From Spirochaetia bacterium (lineage in GTDB: Bacteria > Spirochaetota > Spirochaetia > SZUA-6 > Bin103), in the NCBI GenBank assembly GCA_965208575.1, contig CBDBOV010000001.1:288001-352000 (forward strand): a stretch of DNA of 64,000 nt, in the 5' to 3' direction. Shown here piece after piece: positions 1-8,009 of this stretch. The position numbers were made by a program, and so were the translations under genes. The notes under the pieces are model-generated. The model was not told the DNA's origin. It worked only from the letters and a program-made list of their open reading frames with translations, and did no database searches. Every line of letters begins with the position of its first letter. Positions within the stretch are counted from its first letter, which is position 1.

Positions 1-764
1 CTCAGGCGATCGCACCGTTGCAGCAGCTCGGGATGACGATCCTGCATCTGATCAAGCAGTCGCTGTGCCTGCGGCTGCTCACCGGTCGACGCCTTGGTGA
101 CCTCGAACGCCAGCGGCACCTCGTAGGTGGCGTCCACGACCAAGTGCAACAGGTAGCCGAACCAGTAGTGTTTCTTCTTGCCTTTCTTCTCGCCCTTCTC
201 GCCCTTCTTCTCGCCGGAACCCTTGACGCCCCAATCGGCATCGCGGTCGCGGCGCCCGTCGGTGTCTTCCTTGTTATCCTTCGGCACCGGATAGCTGCTC
301 GGACCGTTGGCCAGGGAGTGCAGCTCCTTGCCGTCCAGCGCCTGTACCTGGCCCAGGTCCGGCAGCTCAATCCGGAGTTCGTCGAGGGTGCTGTGGAACA
401 GCTCATCGATCTGCCCCTGATGCTTGCGCAGCCGGCGCTGGAAGCGGGTATAGGCGTATTCGCTGGGCACCGCCCGTGCGCCGTCGAACGGGTCGAACCC
501 GCACAGGTCTCGCAACTGCGCGTTGCGCAGCAACTCGCGCCGCAAGGCGGCGATGCTGGGATGCTGGAACACGAAGCCGGCGATCAGCGAGTTCCACATC
601 GGGCGCACCGGATAATCGTTGCGACCGCGACCGCGACCGGCTTCCAGCAGTTGCATCAGCGGCTCGTCGGGGAGCGCGTCGAGCACCAGCGTCAGGCGTT
701 CGAGATCACCCAACTGGTCGACGCTGTCCCAGCGGAACAGAAACGGATGTGGTATAGTGGCCAT
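1..764 (-). CDS. IS5/IS1182-like DDE transposase (DUF772-type N-terminus), runs off the window start
   Basis: Manual translation from ATG at 764 (AGGAG upstream): MATIPHPFLFRWDSVDQLGDLERL...GRGRNDYPVRPMWNSLIAGFVFQHPS...ALDGK...DADWGVK...YWFGYLLHLVVDA. The frame is open to the window edge and is absent from the ORF track because it has no stop. Confidence 0.85.
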   Translation of the reverse strand, partial: MATIPHPFLFRWDSVDQLGDLERLTLVLDALPDEPLMQLLEAGRGRGRNDYPVRPMWNSLIAGFVFQHPSIAALRRELLRNAQLRDLCGFDPFDGARAVPSEYAYTRFQRRLRKHQGQIDELFHSTLDELRIELPDLGQVQALDGKELHSLANGPSSYPVPKDNKEDTDGRRDRDADWGVKGSGEKKGEKGEKKGKKKHYWFGYLLHLVVDATYEVPLAFEVTKASTGEQPQAQRLLDQMQDRHPELLQRCDRL

Positions 765-1058
765 CGGCGGTTCTCCTGTTGTGAATTACTGTTCACTTGC
801 CACTATGGCGAGTTACAGGAGAACCGTCAATTATTTTGTAGACAAACAGTTGCGATGTATCATCGGGGCCTTGACCGGCGCTCCCGACGCGCGTACAGGG
901 GATCAGCAGGTCGTGGGGTAAGAAATACCTCCCCCTGGTTTCTGATCGCCTGCATCGGGCTTGCAGCAAGCGCAATTGCCTCGGTCACGGGGTAAAGAAA
1001 AAATCGCCCACTTCTATCTCGCTGCCCGCTTGGAACTTACCGACAGCGCAATTGGCTC
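1..1058 (-). mobile_element. Partial insertion sequence with two stacked ~75-bp end-like units (909-982, 983-1058)
   Basis: Transposase at 1-764. Upstream are two degenerate tandem units, each starting GAG(C/G)CAATTGCGCT and ending TTACCCC..GACC on the minus strand. The exact terminus is uncertain. Confidence 0.5.
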
Positions 1059-1911
1059 TGATCGCCCCGGTCCAATCGACGATGGCCACGGCGAGGTCGG
1101 AAGCGCTCTGCAGGGTGAAGGTAACCTGGTCGCCAGGCGGAGCGTCGATGGCGAACGCCTGTTTCGCCCAGAGATAGTCCAGGTCGAAGTGAATGGGTGT
1201 GGCTTGCGCGGTCGCCGCCAGGTTCCGGTCGCCGCGGCGTTGCGGGACATCCAGACCCGTCAGCAGGGCGGTAACGCGCGGAATCAGGTCGGCGGCGGAC
1301 ATCGCCATACCGAAGCGACCGAGGTCGCTCGCGAACCCGCTCATGCCGACCACGGCACCCGCCTCCGAAGCCAGCACTCCGCCGCTCTGCCCGTCATCGA
1401 CGGCCGCGTCGGTTTGCAGGAAGGTCACGTCCTGACCCGGCCAGCGGCGGTAGCGCGACAGGATGCCGCGGCTGATGGTGGGCTGAGGGAACGACTCCCA
1501 CTCGCCGGAATAACCGATGGCGAACAGCTCGGTACCGACCGGAAGCGTGGTGGAGGTGTCGAAGGGCGGCAGGACCGGGGGCGAGTCGAGCTGAACGGGG
1601 CCGAGGACGGCGATGTCGGTGAGCAGGTCCCAGACGATCAGGGGCACGTCGAGCAGCTCGGTACCGTCGGGGAACACGATGCGAGCAGAGCGGTGCGGGT
1701 ACAGTACGTGGGCGGCGGTGAGAATGGTATTCGAGTCCAGGAGCAGCCCGCTGCCGCTGCCGGGGCCGGCCTCGATGAACACGACCGCCGGAGCGACCGA
1801 CGTGTAGACCGAGGAGGCGGTGTTCTGTTGGGCGTAGGCGGCGGTACAGAGCAGAGCGATTGCAGCCAGTGCAGCCAGTGCAGCCGGTGCTGAGGACACG
1901 GGACGATGCAC
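985..1911 (-). CDS. Secreted trypsin-like (S1/trypsin_2) serine protease, C-terminus probably truncated by the IS
   Basis: Signal peptide ending AYA-QQ; catalytic triad motifs TAAHVL, DIAVL and GQSGG. The last ~23 codons lie in the IS-end repeat unit. Confidence 0.85.
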   Translation of the reverse strand: MHRPVSSAPAALAALAAIALLCTAAYAQQNTASSVYTSVAPAVVFIEAGPGSGSGLLLDSNTILTAAHVLYPHRSARIVFPDGTELLDVPLIVWDLLTDIAVLGPVQLDSPPVLPPFDTSTTLPVGTELFAIGYSGEWESFPQPTISRGILSRYRRWPGQDVTFLQTDAAVDDGQSGGVLASEAGAVVGMSGFASDLGRFGMAMSAADLIPRVTALLTGLDVPQRRGDRNLAATAQATPIHFDLDYLWAKQAFAIDAPPGDQVTFTLQSASDLAVAIVDWTGAIRANCAVGKFQAGSEIEVGDFFFTP

Positions 1912-1938
1912 GATCAGTTCCAGCCACCAGCGGAACGA

Positions 1939-2538
1939 TCAGCGCCGGCCATCGTGTACGGGCAGCAACGACTGAACATGTTGTACAACGCCCCGGAGCA
2001 CCGGCACGTTGGCGCCGGCGCGAACCAGCGTACACAAGCCGAGATAGAGGCCCAGCAACGCGCGCGCGGTCTGGACGAGGTCCACGTTGCCGGACACTTC
2101 GTTGACGCCGCGGGCCCGTTCGATGGCGTCCCGAAAGCGCACCTCCATGCCCTGGAGCAGACCTTGCAGCGCCTCGGCCACCTTTGGAGCGACGGTCCTC
2201 GACTCCAGGGCGGCGTTGACGAGGAGACACTGCTGACCGCGCTGCGACGAAACGTCCGCTTCGGCAGCCCATTGGAATGCGGCGATCAGCGCGGCGCGCG
2301 GTGAACCTTCACCGCGCAGCGCGTGCATACCAGGAGCACGACACTCGGTGCCGTAACGATCGAGGGTCTGCACGAACAAGGACTGCTTGTCGCCGAAGTT
2401 GGCGTACACGGCGCTGCGGGAAATCCCGATACGGCGGGCCAGCTCTGCCATCCCGGTGTCCTGGTAGCCGCGCTCGCCAAACAGCTCAATCGCGGTGTCG
2501 AGGGCGTCTTCTATGGCAAAGGATCTGTGTCTCGGCAT
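1939..2538 (-). CDS. TetR/AcrR family regulator (NemR/ComR-like), copy 1
   Basis: MPRHRSFAIEDALDTAIELFGERGY...GISRSAVYANFGDKQSLF HTH; CLLVNAALE C-terminal motif; start set at ATG 2538. Confidence 0.92.
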   Translation of the reverse strand: MPRHRSFAIEDALDTAIELFGERGYQDTGMAELARRIGISRSAVYANFGDKQSLFVQTLDRYGTECRAPGMHALRGEGSPRAALIAAFQWAAEADVSSQRGQQCLLVNAALESRTVAPKVAEALQGLLQGMEVRFRDAIERARGVNEVSGNVDLVQTARALLGLYLGLCTLVRAGANVPVLRGVVQHVQSLLPVHDGRR

Positions 2539-2652
2539 GGCGTCGGCCGTGGAGGCTGGGGGGACGCCGAACAGCGCCCGCCGGCTGCTGATAGTTTCCA
2601 GAATCCACTCATAATACTGCGTTGACAACACCATAGACGGAAACTGCCACAC

Positions 2653-2680
2653 TTGACAAGGCATCCTGGGGACATATAGT
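2653..2680 (+). promoter_or_regulatory. Putative sigma70 promoter for hybrid kinase 1
   Basis: TTGACA (2653-2658), 16-nt spacer, TATAGT (2675-2680) in an AT-rich divergent intergenic region. Confidence 0.55.
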
Positions 2681-2751
2681 GGATTTAATGTGTATGATCG
2701 CGCTATATTATGTCCTTATTGTGGATCAATCGACAGCAAGGGGAGGGTCTG

Positions 2752-5088
2752 ATGAAAAGTACAGATGAACTCACGAGGGAGATCGAGGCGCTGCGGGTCC
2801 GCATCTCGAACTTGAGCGGTGCGGTGCTGCGCATCAGCGCAAGCCTCGACGTCGACACCGTCCTGAAGGAGATCGCGGAAAACGCCCGCGCCCTGACCGG
2901 TGCCCGCGGCGCCGTGATTACTGCCTTCGGCGACGCGGGGCATATCGACTACGTGACCTCCGGCCTCACCGCGGACGAGGAGCGCGAGTTGATCGAGTGG
3001 CCGGACGGTCTGCGGCTGTTCGAGCACCTGCGGAACCTTCCCTCGCCGCTGCGGGTGTCCGACCTGCGCGGCTACGTGCGCTCGCTCGGTTTCTCGCCGG
3101 AGGTCATCTTCGTGGACACCTTCCTGGCAACGTCGATTCGCCATCGGAACGTGCAAGCCGGCTCCTTTTTTCTCGGCGAGAAGGAAGCGGGACAGGAATT
3201 CACCAAGGAGGACGAGGAGGTGCTGGCAATGTTCGCGGCGCAGGCGGCGACGGCGATCACGAACGCCCGCACCCACCGTGCCGAGCAGCGCGTGCGGGCC
3301 GACCTGGAGGCGCTGATCAACACCTCGCCGGTGGGGGTCGTGGTGATCGACGCCAGAACCGCCCGCCTGGTGTCGATCAACCGGGAGGCAAGGCGGATTG
3401 TGGCGGGGCTGCTCGATCCGGGCCAGACCGAGGAAGAACTGCTGCAGGTGTTGATCTTCCGGCTCGCCGACGGGCAGGAAGTCTCGCTCAACGATTTCCC
3501 GCTGGCGACCGTGCTCAGCAACGCCGCCGCGATTCGCGCCGAAGAGATGGTGCTGTCGGTGCGCGACGGGCGCAGTGTCACGGTGCTGATCAACGCCACG
3601 CCGATCAAGTTCGAGGGCGATGCGGTTCAGTCATTGGTCGTGACCATGCAGGACCTGGGGCCGCTGCAGGAGCTGGAGCGGCAGCGGGCGGAGTTCCTGG
3701 GGATGGTGAGCCATGAGCTGCGGGCTCCGTTGAGCTCCGTGAAGGGGCTGGCCGCCACCGTGCTCGGCAACGCGCGCGTCGCGGATCCGGCCGAGGTGCG
3801 CCAGTTCTTCCGGATCATCGAGCAGCAGGCCGATCACATGGACGGCCTGATCAGAGATCTGCTCGATGTTGGACGCATCGACACGGGCATGCTCTCGGTG
3901 GAGCCGGCACCGGTGGAGGTGGCGGCGCTTGTGGACCAGGCGCGGAGCACGTTCCTGAGCGGCGGTGCTCGGCACGTGCTGAACATCGACCTGCCGGCGG
4001 ATCTGCCGCCGGTGATGGCGGATGAGCAACGGATCGTACAAGTCCTGAACAACCTGTATTCCAACGCGGCTCAGCACTCGCCCGAGTCCTGCCCCATTCG
4101 GGTCGCGGCGGTGCACGATGGCGCCGAGGTAGCGATCTCGGTGTCCGACGAGGGTCGTGGCCTGACGCCGGAACGGCTGCGGCATCTGTTCCGCAAGCAC
4201 ACCGTCGTCGACGACGATGGAGGAGCGCGCAGACGGGGAGCCGGTCTGGGGCTGGCCATCTGCAAGGGGCTGGTCGAGGCTCACGGAGGCCGTATCCGGG
4301 GCGAGAGTCGTGGGCCGGACCTGGGAACGCGGTTTACCTTCACGCTTCCGATAGTCGACGAGGCCGGCGGTGGCGCCGCACCGCGGCGGTCGCGTCAGCC
4401 GGGCGATGGCCGCGAGCGTACCGGCATACTGGTCGTGGACGACGACCCGCTGACTCTGCACTACGTCCGGGACGCTCTCACCGCGGCCGGCTACGCGCCG
4501 GCGGTGACAGGAGATCCGCGAGAGGTGCTGCACCTGATCGAGACAAGAAGGCCGCAGTTGGTGGTGCTCGACCTGTTATTGCCTGGCATGGATGGCATCA
4601 AGTTGATGGAGTCCCTCCCCGAGCTGGCGGACATTCCGGTGATCTTTCTGTCCGCCTACGGGCGCGAGGAGACGATCGCGAGGGCACTGGAGGCGGGAGC
4701 CGCCGACTACATCGTCAAGCCATTCTCGCCGACGGAACTGACCGCGAGAGTCCGGGCGGCGCTGCGCAAGCGGTCCAAGCCGGACCCCTTCGCGGTGGCG
4801 GACCTGGCAATCGACTACGAGAAGCGCCACGTGACCGTGGGCGGCCAACCCGTGCGGCTGACCGTGACCGAGTACGAGCTGCTGCGATTGCTCTCGGTCA
4901 ACGCGGGACGGGTGTTGACCTACGAGTCACTGGTGCGGCAGATCTGGGGAGAGCGGGAGGATACGGAACCGGTGCGGACCTTCGTGAAGAAGCTGCGCGG
5001 CAAGCTCGGCGACAGCCCGGCAAACCCGACGTACATCTTCAACGAGCGTGGGGTTGGCTACCGCATGGCCGCACCGGGCGACGAGTAG
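2752..5088 (+). CDS. Soluble hybrid GAF-PAS-HisKA-HATPase-REC-OmpR/PhoB wHTH protein (HK1)
   Basis: GGGGAGG then ATG 2752. H-box SHELRAPL, N-box NNLYSNA, G1 DEGRG, G2 GAGLGL, REC VVDDD/LDLLLPGMDG/DYIVKPF, wHTH ending NERGVGYRM. No transmembrane segment seen. Confidence 0.92.
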   Translation: MKSTDELTREIEALRVRISNLSGAVLRISASLDVDTVLKEIAENARALTGARGAVITAFGDAGHIDYVTSGLTADEERELIEWPDGLRLFEHLRNLPSPLRVSDLRGYVRSLGFSPEVIFVDTFLATSIRHRNVQAGSFFLGEKEAGQEFTKEDEEVLAMFAAQAATAITNARTHRAEQRVRADLEALINTSPVGVVVIDARTARLVSINREARRIVAGLLDPGQTEEELLQVLIFRLADGQEVSLNDFPLATVLSNAAAIRAEEMVLSVRDGRSVTVLINATPIKFEGDAVQSLVVTMQDLGPLQELERQRAEFLGMVSHELRAPLSSVKGLAATVLGNARVADPAEVRQFFRIIEQQADHMDGLIRDLLDVGRIDTGMLSVEPAPVEVAALVDQARSTFLSGGARHVLNIDLPADLPPVMADEQRIVQVLNNLYSNAAQHSPESCPIRVAAVHDGAEVAISVSDEGRGLTPERLRHLFRKHTVVDDDGGARRRGAGLGLAICKGLVEAHGGRIRGESRGPDLGTRFTFTLPIVDEAGGGAAPRRSRQPGDGRERTGILVVDDDPLTLHYVRDALTAAGYAPAVTGDPREVLHLIETRRPQLVVLDLLLPGMDGIKLMESLPELADIPVIFLSAYGREETIARALEAGAADYIVKPFSPTELTARVRAALRKRSKPDPFAVADLAIDYEKRHVTVGGQPVRLTVTEYELLRLLSVNAGRVLTYESLVRQIWGEREDTEPVRTFVKKLRGKLGDSPANPTYIFNERGVGYRMAAPGDE

Positions 5089-5157
5089 GGGCTCTGTCCG
5101 CGGGGCACGAACGGATCGCGCCGGTATGGCGCCATCGACGGTGAATGCGTGTGCGCC

Positions 5158-5190
5158 AAAAATACTCCCGACAGGCCCAAAAAAACACTG
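5158..5190. promoter_or_regulatory. Degenerate AAAA(A/G)ACACTG box pair, 22-bp spacing
   Basis: AAAAATACTCC (5158-5168) and AAAAAACACTG (5180-5190), matching the perfect repeat at 10768-10789. Confidence 0.3.
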
Positions 5191-5241
5191 TCTGGCCACC
5201 ACAGGCCGTCTCGCCGTGCGGGACCGGCGCGCCTGACGCAA

Positions 5242-5874
5242 TCACTCCGAGGAGAGCTTGGGCGGGCGCGGGCTGATCGGTCCCGGGCCCCGACTTCGAC
5301 TCCCCCGAGGCGGCGGCAGCAACGCTTCGACCTGGCGCGCGGCGGCGCGCAGCACCGGCTCGCTCCGCATCAGCAGGTTTGTACCGAGGAACAGACTGAG
5401 CAGAGTCGAAGCCACCTGGGCAGCGTCGACGTTGCTGTCGATCTCGCCCCCCGCCATTCCGCGTTCGATCCCACGTCGAACGTTGTCCTCGAGAAACGCG
5501 AGTTCATCCCGGACCACGGCAGACACCTCCGCGTCATCCGGCACCAGCTCGAGTGCCGTCCTGATGAGCAGAACGATGCCGGGTGGCGTGGCGCCGCCGC
5601 CGTCTGAGAGTGTCGACTCGAACAGGTCGACGATCGCCTCGCGCGGCGCGGCGGCCGACTCCAGGTCCGGCATCCGGCAGGTCTGGGCGTCCCGGCGCAG
5701 GCCAGTCAGGAACAAGGCCCGCTTGTCACCGAACGTGGCATACAAGCTGCTCCGGCTGACCCCGACGTGCTCCGCGACATGGCGCATGTGCGTGGATCCA
5801 TAGCCGCGTGTCCGGAATACCTCCATCGCCCTGGTCAGTGCTTTCTCGGGATCGAATGTCTTTGTTCTCGGCAT
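5242..5874 (-). CDS. TetR/AcrR family regulator, copy 2 (paralogue of copy 1)
   Basis: MPRTKTFDPEKALTRAMEVFRTRGY...GVSRSSLYATFGDKRALF; start ATG 5874. Confidence 0.92.
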   Translation of the reverse strand: MPRTKTFDPEKALTRAMEVFRTRGYGSTHMRHVAEHVGVSRSSLYATFGDKRALFLTGLRRDAQTCRMPDLESAAAPREAIVDLFESTLSDGGGATPPGIVLLIRTALELVPDDAEVSAVVRDELAFLEDNVRRGIERGMAGGEIDSNVDAAQVASTLLSLFLGTNLLMRSEPVLRAAARQVEALLPPPRGSRSRGPGPISPRPPKLSSE

Positions 5875-6066
5875 GCTCTCTCTCACGGTCGAAGCAGTAG
5901 AAGTCCGCAAATCATAGGCGAGGATCGTGAACACAGTGTGCATTATTGTGATATAATGGTGGCGAATCTGTGGATCTTTGGGCTGATGCCTCGTACTGAG
6001 ATGGATCGACATCGCCAGCGCGGAGCGGAGCGGTCGCAGCGTTCATCCGAGGGTACCGGAGACGGG

Positions 6067-7932
6067 ATGATGGAGGGCAGAGAACAACTCAGCTTGCAGA
6101 ACAGAGCGCCGCGGGGCCGTGGCTCGCGCCTGAGCCGGGCTGACCTGGAGGCCCTGATCGATACCTCGCCGATGGGAGTCGTGGTGCTCGATGCCGGGAC
6201 CGGCCATCCGGTGTCCTGCAACCAGGAAGCGAGGCGGATCGTATCGGGTTTGCTCGATCGCGGGCAGACCGTGGAAGGGCTGTTGCCGGCACTGACGTGC
6301 CGGTTCGCCGACGGCAAGGAGGTAGCGCTCGACCAGTTCCCGCGGGCGGTGGTTCTGAACAGCGCCGCCGCGGTGGGCGCCGAAGAGATCGTGCTCTCGG
6401 CACGCAACGGACGGAGCGTCAGGACACTGGTCAACGCGACGCCGATCAAGACCGAGGACGGCACGGTCCAGTCGGTGGTGGTGACGATGCAGGACCTTGA
6501 GCCACTGGACGAGTTGGAGCGCCGGCGGGCGGAGTTCCTGGAGATGGTGAGCCACGAGTTGCGGGCGCCGCTGAGTTCGATCAAGGGCCTGACCGCCACC
6601 GTGCTCGGCAACTCGGGGATCGTAGACCCGGCCGAGGTGCGGCAGTTCTTCCGAATCATCGAACAGCAGGCGGATGACATGGACGGCCTCATCAGAGACC
6701 TGCTCGATGCCGGACGCATCGAAACCGGCACGCTGTCGGTGGCACCGAGACTCGTTGACGTTGCCGGGCTGGTGGACCATGCGAGGCGGACGTTCCTCAG
6801 CAGCGGTGCCCGGCACATCCTGGCGATCGACCTGGCGCCGGACCTGCCGCGCGTGATGGCCGATGAGGCGCGCATCGCGCAAGTTCTGAACAACCTGTTC
6901 TCCTACGTGGCCGGCAACTCCTCGCAGTCCTCGCCCATTCGGGTCACGGCGCTGCAGGAAGGAGCTGAGCTGGCGGTCTCGGTAACGGCCGACAGCGCGG
7001 GCGAGGCGGCCGACCGGTTGCCGCACCTGTTCCGGAAACACGCCGCGATTGGCGGCGTCGGGGGGGCGAGGGGCCGGGAGACCAACCTCGGCCTGGCTAT
7101 CTGCAAGGGACTGGTGGAGGCCCACGGCGGCCGCATCCGCGCCGAGAGCCTGGGGCCCGGCCAGGGGACGCGAATTACATTCACGCTGCCGGCGGTCGAA
7201 CACACCGGTGGACGGACCTCCCCGCGGCGTTCGGTTGCGGCTCGCGATGCGGAGCGTACGGGAGTACTCGTTGTCGACGACGACCCGCTGACGCTGCGCA
7301 TTGTGCGTCAAGCGCTGGTCAGCGCCGGCTTCGCTACGTCGGTGACCGGCGATCCGCGAGAGTTGCCGCACCTCATCAGCACCAGACAGCCGCAGTTGGT
7401 ATTGCTCGACCTGGTGTTTCCGAACGTCGACGGCATCGCGTTGATGGAGTCCGTCCCCGCGCTGGCCGAACTTCCGGTCATCTTTATTTCCGGCTATGGG
7501 CGGGACGAGACGATCGCCAGGGCACTGGAGGCGGGCGCGGTCGATTACATCGTCAAGCCGTTCTCGGCGACCGAGTTGACAGCGCGAGTCCGGGCCGCCC
7601 TGCGCAAGCGGACCAGACCCGCGCCCTTCCTGGTAGCGAATCTGGAGATCGACTACGAGCTGCGCCGAGTGACCGTCGCAGGCCGTACCGTGCGACTGAC
7701 CGTGACCGAGTACGAGCTGCTGCGCGTGCTCTCGGTCAACGCCGGGCGCGTATTGACCTACGACTCACTGCTGCGCCAGATCTGGGGAGAACGGGTGACC
7801 GCCGGTTCCGACCCGGTGCGTACGTTCGTCAAGAAGCTGCGCGGCAAGCTGGGCGATGATCCGGCATGCCCGACGTACATCTTCAACGAACGCGGGGTCG
7901 GCTACCGAATGGCGGTGCCGGCCAATCGATGA
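6067..7932 (+). CDS. Hybrid PAS-HisKA-(degenerate HATPase)-REC-wHTH protein (HK2), no GAF
   Basis: Close paralogue of HK1 from ADLEALI onward. H-box and REC Asp are intact; N/G1/G2 boxes are altered. Start uncertain (6001, 6067 or 6070). Confidence 0.88.
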   Translation: MMEGREQLSLQNRAPRGRGSRLSRADLEALIDTSPMGVVVLDAGTGHPVSCNQEARRIVSGLLDRGQTVEGLLPALTCRFADGKEVALDQFPRAVVLNSAAAVGAEEIVLSARNGRSVRTLVNATPIKTEDGTVQSVVVTMQDLEPLDELERRRAEFLEMVSHELRAPLSSIKGLTATVLGNSGIVDPAEVRQFFRIIEQQADDMDGLIRDLLDAGRIETGTLSVAPRLVDVAGLVDHARRTFLSSGARHILAIDLAPDLPRVMADEARIAQVLNNLFSYVAGNSSQSSPIRVTALQEGAELAVSVTADSAGEAADRLPHLFRKHAAIGGVGGARGRETNLGLAICKGLVEAHGGRIRAESLGPGQGTRITFTLPAVEHTGGRTSPRRSVAARDAERTGVLVVDDDPLTLRIVRQALVSAGFATSVTGDPRELPHLISTRQPQLVLLDLVFPNVDGIALMESVPALAELPVIFISGYGRDETIARALEAGAVDYIVKPFSATELTARVRAALRKRTRPAPFLVANLEIDYELRRVTVAGRTVRLTVTEYELLRVLSVNAGRVLTYDSLLRQIWGERVTAGSDPVRTFVKKLRGKLGDDPACPTYIFNERGVGYRMAVPANR

Positions 7933-8009
7933 GCCATGTCGACCCGAGGTGGCGGGCGCTTGCGCACCCATCATGCCGTTCGTGCTTGACGCGTCGAGCC
8001 GGGCCGTGA

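Noticed and set aside
18-995. 325-aa plus-strand ORF and the many other long overlapping ORFs (e.g. 37054-40119, 47761-50391)
   Set aside because: Antisense or alternative-frame shadows typical of high-GC DNA; the opposite strand carries recognisable proteins.
5105-5114. GCACGAACGG shortly after the stops of both HK1 and HK3
   Set aside because: Only 10 bp and explainable by shared ancestry of the duplicated genes; no structure evident.
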